DNA of 64,000 bases, taken from the NCBI GenBank assembly GCA_951406725.2, contig OX597826.1:50592001-50656000 (forward strand). The letters are read 5' to 3'. A program made the translations under genes and the position numbers. This DNA comes from Octopus vulgaris. Lineage: Eukaryota. Under the pieces are notes generated by a model. The model worked only from the letters and a program-made list of their open reading frames with translations. It was not told the DNA's origin and did no database searches. Positions 51,321-64,000 of the stretch are shown here, piece by piece. Numbering within the stretch: position 1 is the first letter of the stretch; each line of letters starts with the position of its first letter.

Positions 51321-51680
51321 TTCTTCCTTTGTTATTTCTCTCTCTTTCTCCCTCTCTCTTTACCCCCACCCCTCCTTGTTACATATACTGAATCTTGGGA
51401 AATTATTTCGACATTCAAAATTATTCCCTTCAATGTTTTATTTACACTTATCATCTTCACCATTACCATCACTCCAACCATTTTCATTGCTGCCACCACC
51501 GTCACTACCACTTCTTCTATCATCACTACCACCTCAATACCACTACCACCACTGCTGCCATCCTTGGCCATTAGCACCACTTTTTCCTAAAATCACTGCT
51601 ACCATGTATTTATTTGTGTTTGCCACAATTTCACTTTGAATCCCTTCTGCCACTTTCCGGGGCTATATCTATACATATGA

Positions 51681-52222
51681 AGGCGCATGGCTCAGTGGTT
51701 AGAGCATCAGGCTCACAATCGTGTGGTAGTGAGTTCAATCTCTGGACCAGGCTGTATGTTGTTTTCTTGAGCTAGACACTTTATTTCACTTTGCTCCAGT
51801 TCACTCAGCTGACATCTCTGGTACCAAGCTGTGACTTCACTTGCAGCCAAGCTGCAATGTCATTTGTGCCGAGCTGTATTGGCCTTTGACTTTCCCTTGG
51901 GTAACGTCAGTGGCATGGAGAGGGAAGACTGGTATGCATCAGCAACTGCTGGTCTTCCGTAAACAAACTTGTCTGGACTTGTGCCTCTGTATGTATGTAT
52001 GTATGTATGTATGTGTGTGTGTGTTTGTGTCTGTGTTTGTCCCCATACCCCGCTTGACAACCGATGTTGGTGTGTTTACATCCCCATAACTTAGCAGTTC
52101 AGCAAAAGAGACCGATAGATTAACTGCTAGGCTTACAAAGAAGAGATCCAGGGGTCAATTTGTTTGACTAAAGGTGGTGCTCCAGCATGACCACAGTCAA
52201 ATGACTGAAACAAATAAAAGAA
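51681..52222 (+). mobile_element. Family E SINE followed directly by the 3' half of a family A SINE
   Basis: Head ggcgcatggctcagtggttagagc; after the (TGTA)n/(TG)n tract the sequence switches to family A tgtgtttgtcccc...gtcaaatgactgaaac. Confidence 0.8.
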
Positions 52223-52964
52223 TATATATATATATATATATATCATAGACTCTCCCATCATCAGATGATATATGAGGGTTCTGCAATTTCTTACTGAATA
52301 ACCTCTCAACATTGCCTTTACAGGTGCATAATGTGTTTCACTGAAGAACAAAACACAACACCTAGTCAGGAATCAAAATCACTATCTTGCAGTTGTGAGT
52401 GCAACACCCTAACCACTAAGTCACCAAAAGCTAGGTGATTGGGTGCCAAAATGTTGCTCTTGTCACAAGATATTTACTCCAATGTCCTGTTATAATCACT
52501 CCACCTTCCAACACACACACACACCATTTTTCAAACCTTCCACTGAAAAACTGTTTTTCAGTAAATCAGAATAAACTTCTATCTCACGTTGTATAATGAA
52601 CTCATCTTGCTCTACTGCAAAAACTGTCTGGTAACTATCTAAACTGGCTTTCTCATTATATTTAGAATGTTGTGTGGCAAGGCACCATTACATCAGCAGT
52701 AATCGTTGAACTGTGACAATGACCTAGTTTTGGTTTCCCCTTGGAAACTAACTGCTTCACCTCACTCACTCATGACCATCACAGCTTCCCATTTTTGTCA
52801 ATTCTGTAAGCTTCCTGTGCTTATGTAAGACACCAGATACCATTACATATGTGGTTTTTGTGTATGATAGATATATTTGTGTGCAGCGTGTGTGTATATG
52901 TATACACACACACATACTCAGAGGACTATCAATAGTTTTCTTGGATTCTAGTTTATTTATTTAT

Positions 52965-53162
52965 ATAGTCGCCGTGATTGACCGCTAACTCCAAAAGTTT
53001 TTTTTAATTTTCTCTCTGTTCATTTCTCCGTATTCCTTTCTGTTGAAGAGCATAGGCTCAAAACGTAAAAGACTTTCACACCTTCCCAAGCGTCAAACTA
53101 ATACACCTGCTTGTTGTTTTTAAACCTGTCTTCATCTTTTGTTTTTCTGTAAATTTCAACTA
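52965..53162 (+). mobile_element. Penelope-like terminal fragment with degenerate hammerhead motif (53036-53071)
   Basis: CTTT-CTGTTGA-A-GAGC-ATAG-GCTC-AAAAC-GT-A-AAAG; stems I and II close, core has two substitutions; ends in (TA)n. Confidence 0.52.
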
Positions 53163-53179
53163 TATATATATACATACAT

Positions 53180-53226
<47 letters not shown>

Positions 53227-54552
53227 AAATATGAATTAGAGATAAAATTCTAATTCATATTTTATATTTTTATACTGTGAAATTTGATTTAATATTAAAT
53301 CTAATTTTTCCCTGTAAGTTTGGAGCCATACTCTCTAATATTATTATATATATACGCACACACACTTACATCTGTGTTTATTAGTGTATATGAAAATGCA
53401 AGTGGCTTAATCAGGAACTGAGTATTGAAACTAAGACCATGACATGAAGGAAGAGACATTTTTAATCATTTAAAACAACATAAAAATACTAGTTTCCTTT
53501 TTTATTTATGTCTCTAGAGAGATGCAGGCATGGCTGTATGGCTAAGAAGCTCGTGTCTCAACCACCTAGTTTCTACTATAACATCAGATTGGCTAATGCC
53601 TTGTGAAGGAATTTGGTAGATACATACTGGAAGCCTTCTTTTTGTGTGTGTGTTTGTATGTGAATATTTGCAAAACTATATTGAGCTGTGTCTTCATATG
53701 GTAATATCCCCTGTCACCATTTGCATTTGAGTGGAAATGGTAAAACTTGTTGACAATTCCCATCAAACAAATTGAATGTTGTCTCTACATTTTTCAAATT
53801 CCTCTGGAATAAAAAAAAATTTTTTTTACTTGAAAAAAAAAGAACAGGTCAGTGTTGGCAACAGGAAGTGCATCCAGCCATAAAAAAACAGAGATGAGGG
53901 TTGTCATGTTTTACAAACAGTTGTGAATTAGTACTATATTGTAAGAGTGTGGCAGGATTTAATAAAGTATTATTACAATATTATATTAGGGGGCAAGCTG
54001 GTAGAATTGTAACCACATCAGGCCAAATGCTTAGCGTCATTTCGTCTGTCTTTTTTGTTCTGAGTTCAAATTCTGTCATGGTTAACTTCACCTTTCATTC
54101 CTGTGGGATTGATAAAATAAGCACCAGTTGATTACTGGGATCAATGTAATCAACTTACCCCATCCCCCAAAATTCCTGGCCAAAATTAGAACCCCGCCCC
54201 CGTATTATATTGGGGTGGGGTGGGGCACAACTTAAGGAAACAGTTGTGATTTATGATATGTTGGCTGGGTACAATTTAACAAAATAAGGATATGCAACAT
54301 TATAATCCCTTTAAATTTAATACAAAGATAGAGGTACATGTGTGTGCTTGTGTACCTTCTTGTTTCAAAGAAACCAAAAATATCTTAATAGGAGAGGCTC
54401 AGCTGGAACCTTGTCCATTTCACAGGTTTGGATGAAATCATCCAGACCCCATGAAATGGGCAAGCTTTCTGTAGGGCCTCTCACTATCACAATAAAATCA
54501 TCCACTCTACATGTATTGAGTTTTCATTTGAACTATAGTCTTCCCAAATCTA

Positions 54553-54967
54553 TACTCTTTACTCTCTTTTACTTGTTTCAGTCATTTGACTGCGGCCGTG
54601 CTGGAGCACCGCCTTTAATCGAGCAACTCAACCCCGGAGCTTATTCTTTGTAAGCCCAGTACTTATTCTATCGGTCTCTTTTGCCGAACCGCTAAGTGAC
54701 GGGGACATAAACAAACCAGCATTGGTTGTCAAGCAACGCTAGGGGGACAAACACAGACACACAAACATACACGCACACACACATATATACATACACATAT
54801 ATACGACGGACTTCTTTCAGTTTCCGTCTGCCAAATCCACTCACAGGGCTTTGATCAGCCCGAGGCTATAGTAGAAGACACTTGCCCAAGATGACACACA
54901 GTGGGACTGAACCTGGAACCATGTGGTTGGTTAGCAAGCTACTTGCCACACAGCCACTCCTGCACCT
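54553..54967 (-). mobile_element. SINE family A, young full-length copy
   Basis: CpG-rich reverse complement of 5465-5906. Confidence 0.9.
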
Positions 54968-55431
54968 ATGCTGAACATATCTCTCATATATATATACATT
55001 TCTAAGTGCATACATTGTCAATCCTCTGTTGGTTGACCTGATCTTAGAATGTCTCATTCATCATACTCTTGTGTCATCTGTCACACACACACACACAGTA
55101 GCAAAAAAAAAAAAAAAAATGTCAGCTTGCTTTATGATTATCCTGTTATATTTTTGTCATATTTCCGCCTATGGCTCAATACCATTGCTGCTGCCAACCA
55201 CTTTACATCAAGGACTCGGTACATTTATATTATGCCACCAGTATTACAAATATTGCTTGTGGCAGAACTAAACAGTTCTCTTTACCATTTCTTTGTTCTT
55301 TTCTTTTATTCTGAATGAGTTTTACAGTTGGATACCAGCTATATCACCAACAGCTTTACTCTATGGATTATGTGTAGTTTATCTAAAGAGATTAACAGGA
55401 TTAAGATAAATACCATAAAGTCCTTCACAAA

Positions 55432-56195
55432 TATTGGCTTCAAAGTTTGACACAAGGCCAGCAGTTTTGGAGTGGGGGTAAGTTACATCAACCCCTGTAC
55501 TCAGCTGGTACTTAACCTATTGACCCTGAAAGGATGAAAGGGAAAGTTGGCATCAGTGGAATTTGAACTTAGAACGAAATACTGCTAAGTGTTTTGCCTG
55601 GTGTGCTAACAATTCTGCCAGCTTGCTACCTTATTTAATCAGAATATTGGTTTCAGATTTTGGCACAGGGCCAGCAATTTAGGGGGAGGAGTAAGTTGAT
55701 TACATCGACTTCACTGCTCAATAGATACTTATTTCATTGACTCCAAAAGGATGAAAGGCAAAGTTAACCTCCATGAAATTTGAACTCAGAATGTAAAGAC
55801 AGATAAAATGTTGCTAAGTATTTTGCCAAGAGTGCTAACAATTCTGCCAGCTTGCCACCTTGTTCTCCACAAATATTCTTTTCTACTCTAGGCACAAGGC
55901 CTGAACTTTTTGGGGAGGGGGCCGGCCAGTTGATTAGATCAACCCCAGTATGCAACTGGTACTTAATTTATCGACACACTGGTACTATTATTATTATTAT
56001 TATTATCATCATCGTCATTATTGTGATGAGCTGGCAGAATTGTTTGCGCACCAGGCAAAATGCTTTAGCAGTAATTCATTCTTTACATTTTGGGTTCAAA
56101 TTCCGACGCGGTTGACTTTGCCTTTCATCCTTTTGGGCAACATACCCCAATCCCCAAACTTGCTTGCATTGTGCAAAAATTTGAAACCATTGTTA
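55432..56195. mobile_element. Cluster of four family B SINE copies (three -, one +)
   Basis: Repeated cacaaggcc...aaggatgaaagg.aaagtt...atttgaact.agaa units. Confidence 0.82.
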
Positions 56196-56376
56196 TTTGT
56201 TATTGTTGTTGTTTTTTTTTATGTTTGTATTGTTCTAAGTTTACCCTTTATTTTACTCATTTGCTCTTTGGTTTTTTCTTCTTCTTAATTTGTTGAAAAA
56301 TCAAAAAGTAAAAAAAATATTCCTAAAAACAAAACTTTAGAACTCAACTCCATCTCCATGTTTTCTTTTCTTCCAG

Positions 56377-56443
56377 ACACATATAGTATATTTGGTACAG
56401 AAAAAACACGGAGTTTCAAAAAGGTCAATAATGCTTCCCTGCC
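56377..56443 (+). CDS. GAB1: Small internal exon of the Gab/Dos gene (TRSF motif)
   Basis: Acceptor ttttcttttcttccag|AC and donor CTGCC|gtaagt. In phase 1 it reads (D)TYSIFGTEKTRSFKKVNNASLP; TRSF recalls the vertebrate Gab 'SPITRSF' segment. Frame-compatible with the exon ending at 41261. Confidence 0.7.
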
Positions 56444-57562
56444 GTAAGTTATCTCTTCTCTCTCTCTCTTTCTATTTTTTTCTCTCTTTGTGTGTTGCGT
56501 ACAAGAAATCTGATATATGCACATGTGCACACCCATGCAATACATGTATTACCATGCTCACACACACACACACACATGCAGTTCTTATACAAACCAAAGC
56601 AATTGCTCATGTACATGTGATCAGTGTTATATACAGCATACAGATAACCTCTTACACATACATATACTAACTCACGCCTACGCTTGCTCACTGTCACATA
56701 CACATATACACCCACACTTCATCAGTTTCATGCACACACGCACAAGTAATCTGCAAGTTCCATCAGGCAGTATAAAAACATTCTTTGCCACCCCAATCCC
56801 TTATGAAACCCATGATAAAGGGATTTCTGTTGGTTTCCAGATATTCAATCACCTGATCTGCCTTATTCAATTATAATGTATGGTTAGCCATCACCAGCAA
56901 ACAAGGACGACTTGGTAAAATGTGTCATACTTTCACTAAATATTTTAGGTGCCAATATAGTCACAATTAAGGTTGCCAACTGGCAGAATTTTTAGCATTC
57001 CCAGTGAACTGCCTAGTGGCCTTTCATCCGTCACTACATTCTGGGTTCATATTCCACCAAGGTTGACCTTTATCTTTCATCCTTTTGGAGGTGGGGGTCA
57101 TTAAAATAAGCACCAGTTGAGTACTGGGGTTGGTGCATTCGACTTAACCCCTTCCCTGAAATTGTTAGCCCTGTGCCAAAATTTGAAACCAATATAGTCA
57201 CAAGCAGACATGGACACCCTCTCAGCACCCCTCCTTTGTGGTCCAGTGGTGTAACAAGGCTGTGACAGTTGGACAGAGAGAGCAAGAAGCTGCATCAGCA
57301 CCTGGCTGATACTTCTTTACAGCTGAGTGGACAGAAGCAGTGAGAAATGAAGTGCCTCACTTAGGCACAGTGTCTATTGCCCTGTCAAGAATTGAACTCA
57401 TGGCCCTATGATCATGGGCCAAGTACCCTGAACACTAGGCCATATATCTTCACCTAATTAGAGTGTAAGTTTGGCTGTGTATTCCATGGATATATGTAGC
57501 TTTGATTTCATCTGGCAGATTCACAACAACAGAATGTGTGACAAAACCTTTCTTTTGAAATA

Positions 57563-58037
57563 CAGGATGGGCCAAAAGTTATGCACAGAATAAGTTCAAT
57601 ACACTCTTTACTCTTTTACTTGTTTCAGTCATTTGACCGCGGCCATGCTGGAGCACCGCCTTTAGTCGAACAAATCGACCTCAGGACTTATTCTTTGTAA
57701 GCCTAGTACTTAATCTACTGGTCTCTTTTTGCTGAACCGCTAAGTTACGGGGACGTAAACACACCTGCATCGGTTGTCAAGCGATGTTGGGGGGACAAAC
57801 ACAGATACACGAACACACACACACACATACACACACACATTTAGAATTATCATCAAAGACATGCTTCAATTTTTCTGAAACTGAATAACATAAATAAAGT
57901 AATAATGACTACACACACACTTGTACATAATGAACGAAATGAATACTACTGCTACTACTAATAATAATAGTAATGAGTTTTTTAACAATATAAATAAGAT
58001 GTCAAATGTTTTGGAGTGTGACTTTTGGCCCACCTTA
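57563..58037. mobile_element. Tc1-like MITE with nested family A SINE 3' half (57602-57838, -)
   Basis: ta|caggatgggccaaaagttatgcac ... gtgtgacttttggcccacctta|ta. Confidence 0.68.
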
Positions 58038-58892
58038 TATAGTCTATCCAATAGACTTCCTCACAGTTTCCCCCGTGAGGTTTGGGTCAAACTGTAGCTG
58101 TGGCAAAAGATAGTTCCAATAAATTCCACTTTGTGGGATTGAACCCAGGATCTCAAGAACTTGGATTGTCATGATTGAGAAGCAAATTTCTTAACTGTTG
58201 GACCATGCTTGTACTCACATACTACACACTATCTCTCTCTCTCTGTCAATGTACTGGTAATTCAAAAGTACAGGCTTGTCATGTACTGACTGAGTAATTA
58301 CGGTAAGGATAAAAATGTCTATGGGATACTCAACCATTTACATACTATGCATACTAATTCAGTTGGTCGAACAACTGTATCCTCATTGTTCAATGGCAGA
58401 ACCATCCATCCATCTGCATATATACATGGATGTACATGTATATATATATATATATATGATCATGATATGCATACACATTCAAATATATGCTCACATATAT
58501 AAACATAAATACTCTTTCTCACATATAAATTCACTCTTACATAAAGAGGTGGCGCCAATTAAACTGATTTAGTTCTACTTAGTTGCTACTGTTGTTTTTA
58601 TCTCTCCCCTCTCTCCTCCACCATCTTACTGCCACTCTTCCTTCTCTCTCCCTCTCTCTGTCTCTCTCTCTGTTTAGTTTCCTCTCTTCAAAGAATATCC
58701 CCTGCATATGATACTTTGGTATTTCATTGCCCTTTACAACATTGGAAAGGTTTTCTGCTATAGACACCCTGCAGAAAATAGTGGGAAACCAACAATTTAA
58801 TGAACATTCAGTTTCCAGATTGGGCTTCTGTGTTTGTTTGAAAAGCATTTTAGAAATACTAGTCACAAACTACTGACTGAAGAAATATATTT

Positions 58893-58946
58893 ATGTGTGT
58901 GTGTGTGTGTGTGCATATGTATATATATATATATATATGTATGTGC

Positions 58947-58990
<44 letters not shown>

Positions 58991-59182
58991 TTATATATAT
59001 GTATGTACATATATATAGGTATGATGATGATGATGATGTGTGTTTATATATATATGTATGTACATACATATATATATATATATATGTATGTATATGTATA
59101 TGTGTATGTATGTATATGTATATGTGTATGTATGTATATATGTATATGTATGTGTATGTATGTATATATGTATATGTATGTG

Positions 59183-59219
<37 letters not shown>

Positions 59220-59692
59220 GTATATATATATGTATATGTGTATGTATGTATATATGTATATGTATGTGTATGTATGTATATATGTATATGTATGTGTATG
59301 TATGTATATATATATATGTATATGTATGTGTATGTATATATATATATGTATATGTATATATATATGTATATGTATATATATGTATATATATATATGCATG
59401 TATATATATGTATGTGTATATGAATATATGTGTGTGTGTGTATATATATATATATATGTGTGTATGTATATATGTATATATGTATATATGTGTATGTATA
59501 TATGTATATATGTATATATGTATATATATGTATGTATATATGTATATATATATATGTGTATATATGTATGTATGTGTATATATATGTATATATATATGTA
59601 TATATATATATGTATATATATGTATATATATATGTATATATATATATGTATATATATGTATATATATATGTATATATATATGTATATATATG

Positions 59693-59723
<31 letters not shown>

Positions 59724-59824
59724 ATGTATGTGTGTGTGTGTGTGCATGTATATGTGTATGTGTATGTATATATATGTGTGTGTGTGTGTGTGTGCATGTA
59801 TATGTGTATGTATATATATGTATA

Positions 59825-59884
<60 letters not shown>

Positions 59885-60024
59885 TGTATATGTGTATGCA
59901 TATATATGTGTATATATGTATATATGTGTGCATGTATATGTGTATGCATATATATGTGTATATATGTATATATGTGTATATATGTGTATATATGTATGTA
60001 TATGTATATAAATATGTATGTATA
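58893..60024. repeat. ~1.1-kb compound (TA)/(TG)/(TATG) microsatellite
   Basis: Directly visible; source of the long spurious Y/I/C/V/M ORFs. Confidence 0.97.
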
Positions 60025-60129
60025 TCAAAAGATATAGGCTTTTTTAATGAAAAGTAACAAAAAATATATACAATTAGATGAACTGAGGTAGAATTAAGAG
60101 GAATAAAAGTCATTATTTTGAATTGTTAA

Positions 60130-61078
60130 TGAGATTCAAAGTCATACCGATATCGTCAAACGCTGTTCACTGGCTTTGAATGGGCACTGATTTCCATGAG
60201 AGACTGAACATGCCTTCAGTCAGATCTGTTTGCTATTGTCCAATGGGCAGAAAAAAACAATATGCTTTTTAATGAAGTTTAGTTTGATTTGATCCTCTTT
60301 GGGAAGGAGGAAACTCTGAAATTACCATTTGCTCCTCCCTCGGGCATCTCCCTACTGTCATCCAACAACACCAGAGATCTTGGAGTAACTGTTGATAACA
60401 ATCAAAGCTGGAATTCCCACGTAAACAGCAAGGTTGACTTGGCCCACAAGATGTGCTCTTGGATTCTGAGAACGTTCCAGTCTCGAGATGCCTACACCAC
60501 TATCCTTCTCTGCTCTACATTTGCCCGACCCCACCTTGAGCACTGTTGCCCACTGTGGTCACCCTATATGAAACAAGTCATTATGAAAGTAGAAGCACTC
60601 CAGTGGTATTGATTATTGGGGTCGACTAAAAACCTGCTCTCTCCAACGCTGCTGGTAGCACTACATCATTTGTGTTATGTCAAAAATATTCCATCAATAT
60701 TTCACAAATGATGTTGGCATCAATTTTAAAATCCATCCAAGACCTAGCCCCTGTGCTATCCGCCCACTGCAAAAATCAAACTCAGTACACACAGCAACAT
60801 TGCATCACAATTAATTTACCTCAACCGGTCCAGCTCTTTTTAATACCATACCAAAATACATCAAAACGGAAATGGATCCCATAAAATTCAAAAGCTTACT
60901 GGACAAATCTCTTCAAAAAATAAAGGACCAATCTCCTACATATGGATATGGCTCCAACAATAATAACTCTTTGTTAGAGTGGGCTATGGTGCCCCATGTA
61001 TGACTAAAAGACTAAACCATGTGGTACTATTGAGTTAGACATGGCCTGGGCCTATACTGGCCGAAACGTATCAAAGTT
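60130..61078 (+). pseudogene. Decayed 3' part of a CR1/L2-group LINE (RT C-terminal region and tail)
   Basis: RDLGVTVDNNQSWNSHVNSKVDLAHKMCSWILRTF...FARPHLEHCCPLWSPY, a typical CR1-group motif series; KFKSLLDKSL near 60885. Confidence 0.85.
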
Positions 61079-61153
61079 ATATATATGTATATATATGTGG
61101 TGCCCCAGCATGGCTGCGGCCTTCAGGCTAAAACATTTTTAAGGATTTAAGGA

Positions 61154-61158
61154 TTTAT

Positions 61159-61201
<43 letters not shown>

Positions 61202-61665
61202 TGTTTATATATATATATATGTTTATATATATGTATATATATGTTTATATATATCTATATATATGTTTATATATATATATCTATATATATGTTTATATAT
61301 ATATATATATATATATATATGTTTATATATATATGTTTATATATATATATATCTATATATATGTATATATATATATGTTTATATAGATATGTATATATAT
61401 ATATGTCTATGAATGTATATATATATGTCTATGTATGTATATATATATGTACATGTACATATATATATATGTATGTATATATATATATATATCTATGTAT
61501 ATATATATATATGTACATGTACATATATATATACATATGTATATATATGTATTTGTACATGTATATACATATGTATATGTACATATATATGTGTGTAAGT
61601 ATATACATATATGTATATTTATATATGTATATACATATATGTATATCTATATATGTATATACATG
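61154..61665. repeat. Compound (TA)n microsatellite
   Basis: Directly visible. Confidence 0.96.
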
Positions 61666-62300
61666 TAATTTGGCCACTAATGATGGCTCTGTAATGTTAA
61701 AATTAACAATAAGAGACAAGTGATGGTCGACTGTTGCATTTTCTCATAGTTTATTTTTGGGGATGTGCTGGGAAAAAATTGTAACTGAGGAATAGACAAT
61801 TACAATAGATGGATTGTCAACAATGATGGCAGCTACAAATAATAACAATAACAATAATAACAATAATAATAATAATAATAATAATAATAGCAGCAACAGT
61901 AATAATGACTGAGCTATTAACATTGCTTGCAATGAAGGCCTTTTTTCCTTCCTTTCATATTTTGGTCTATGAAAGCAGTGAAGTTGCAGAAAGAGAATCA
62001 GATTTAAAGGCTTTGACTTAATTTGTCTTTGTAGTTCTATGTTCTAAAGCCAATAAAACAAATGCCAGTCAGTCATATACTGGGCTCAATTCAGTACATG
62101 ACTGTAGCATTGTGTTATATTAACCTAGTCTGTGAAATTATAGTCTGATACATCAACTGATGAGAAGCAGAAATACTAACCCTCATTTGCTGTTTATTAA
62201 CCTCCAAGTCAACTCTGGTCAACCAGATTCATCATCAGAAGCATTCCTATCACAACAATCTAATCTATTTTCAGTCGTTGTGTAGTTTCGATTGTATTAA

Positions 62301-62521
62301 CCCTTTAGCATTCAAACCGACCATTTCCGGCCCAAATATTCTACTTGTTTTATGCCCAAATTGGCCAGATCCAACCTTTCATACCTATCCCACAATGTGA
62401 TTCTGAAAAATAAGCAATCACATTATTGAAATCTTGAAGCTTCTAAATACTGCATGATTAATTAAAAACAATGTGAATAAATAAGCATTACATTTGACAG
62501 AGTAATCTGAATGCTAAAGGG
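62301..62521. mobile_element. piggyBac-like MITE, intact ends
   Basis: TTAA|CCCTTTAGCATTCA ... TGAATGCTAAAGGG|TTAA: perfect 14-bp TIR and TTAA TSD. Confidence 0.9.
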
Positions 62522-63114
62522 TTAAATGATGTATCCAGTTTTAAAATGATAGGGTCTTTGAAGGTTTGAGTTTGATGAGTGACATTGTGCTAGTCTGAGA
62601 GTCAAGAGGTCCTTTTTCTAAGTGTGTGAGTGTGCATATCTGTTTGTGTAGCAGCAAACAGATATAAGCTCATGGGCTTTGAGTAGGAGTTAGTCATTGT
62701 TGGGGGCTCTGAAAAGAAAATCCCCGTGTCTGTGTTGCAATGTTATATTGAAGATGTAGGGGGTAGAATGCCATGTGGTTTTTAAGAGTTCTAGTTATAA
62801 GTAGTTCATGTTTAGGAAATTGAGGGAAGCAATAATATTTTCTTTGCTATATGTAGACACATATCCTTCTTGCTGTCATAGAACACAAAATTGGCAGAAC
62901 CCTTTACATGGACTCAATGCAGTAAGGTGGAATTAGATGTAAGTGTGGAGATTTTTTTCTGCAAGGATACTGTTTACAAAACCATCAAAGCTGAAAAAGA
63001 GGATTCCACAAATTTGGTAAAGCTTATTTTGGCAAGGGATCAAAAAGATTGGCTACAGTTTAGGAAGTGGAAGATCTTGCAGCAGTACACAAAGGCATCT
63101 TTCACAGTTTAAAT

Positions 63115-63434
63115 CAGTGATTCTTAACCTGGGAGTCGTGATCCCTTGGAGGGGGTGTCACTTAGGATTTTTCGGGTGGGGGTCTTCATAGAGGCTTTGG
63201 GAGAAAGTAATTTATTTGATGTATTTGAGATTTGCAATTCAGTTGTATTGCTGTATTGCAGTGTTATGTATTACAGCTGCTAGTGGCATCATGACCATAT
63301 GTGCTTCACTCCAGCTCCATGACTCCCATGACACTTTGTGTTCCAAGACCATTACAAAATTCATTACAGGGGTCACAGTAATACTCTGGAGAGTCTCATG
63401 GAGTAAGATGATGAAAAAGGGTTAAGAACCTCTG
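63115..63434. mobile_element. hAT (Charlie-like) MITE with perfect 8-bp TSD
   Basis: TSD gtttaaat at 63107-63114 and 63435-63442; TIR cagtgattcttaacc / ggttaagaacctctg. Confidence 0.88.
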
Positions 63435-64000
63435 GTTTAAATGATGGTGAAGCAGTTGTGTTGAGTAAGAGTTGTCCAGTTTGTAGGAGTGAGTGATTTG
63501 TTTTCAAATGTTCTAAAGCATGTTCACTGCCTAAACTGCTGCAGAGTGAATCATTTGGGGCTTGGAGGTGTGAGTTTTGGATGTGTATGAGATGTGGAGG
63601 TACATGCCTGGGACAGTGGTATTAGTTACCTGACTTCTTTCTGGTGGATCAGTACTTGTGCTGTTCGGGATACTTAGCATAAAACTACTGGAGTTCTGAC
63701 CTTATCAGGTCTGGGAGGTCATTGGGGGCATTGCATGGTGTGTGAACATCTGTGAGCTGTCATGATACAGAAATGGTTTGGAGGTGAGAAAGAAATGTAA
63801 AGTGTAAGTTTGGAGTGTGTCAGTTGGTCAGAGAATGTGCATTGGAGATGAATGTAGATGATGATGATGATGATGATGATGATGACAGTTGAGGGATGTA
63901 AAAGATTTGATTTTTGCATGAGAGTGGACTGGTTGTTTTATCATTTGTTAGAACAGTACATTTCATTCTGTGAAGGTACATGGCTTTGTGTTTTGAGTTA

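Noticed and set aside
58834-60113. Long ORFs (300-416 aa) on both strands
   Set aside because: Translations of (TA/TG)n microsatellite, which lacks stop codons; the same applies to ORFs at 1368-1777 and 61171-61723.
61035-61075. ggcc...ggccgaaacgta hammerhead-like motif
   Set aside because: No CUGANGA box; better explained as the 3' stem-loop of the CR1-like LINE.
62882-62921. Possible 40-nt exon (gtcatag|A..GCA|gtaagg), phase-compatible with 56443
   Set aside because: Peptide TQNWQNPLHGLNA has no recognisable Gab motif; such splice pairs arise by chance.

Overview
AT-rich, repeat-dense eukaryotic genomic DNA. The repeat landscape (abundant tRNA-derived SINEs with internal (TA/TG)n, very long microsatellites) suggests a coleoid cephalopod, probably Octopus; this is an inference. 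The window is almost entirely intronic sequence of one + strand gene encoding a GRB2-associated binder (Gab/Dos family) docking protein. I can support three exons: a PH-domain exon (35721-36018), a 1062-nt Tyr/Pro-motif exon (40200-41261) and a small TRSF-motif exon (56377-56443). I could not find the first coding exon or the C-terminal SHP2-binding exons. The rest is a dense fossil record of mobile DNA: at least four SINE families, decayed LINEs (Tx1/L1-like, RTE, CR1-like, R4/Dong-like), a fold-back mariner derivative, hAT/piggyBac/Tc1-pogo MITEs, and Penelope-like termini carrying degenerate minimal hammerhead ribozyme motifs. There are also several local tandem and inverted duplications that would form long hairpins in the pre-mRNA. 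Nearly all ORFs in the supplied track are microsatellite or repeat artefacts. I see no clearly new multi-gene system. The best leads are the hammerhead-bearing termini, SINE/LINE tail sharing and tail swapping, and the intronic fold-back structures. Family labels A-F are my own working names, and repeat boundaries are approximate unless a TSD or TIR is cited.
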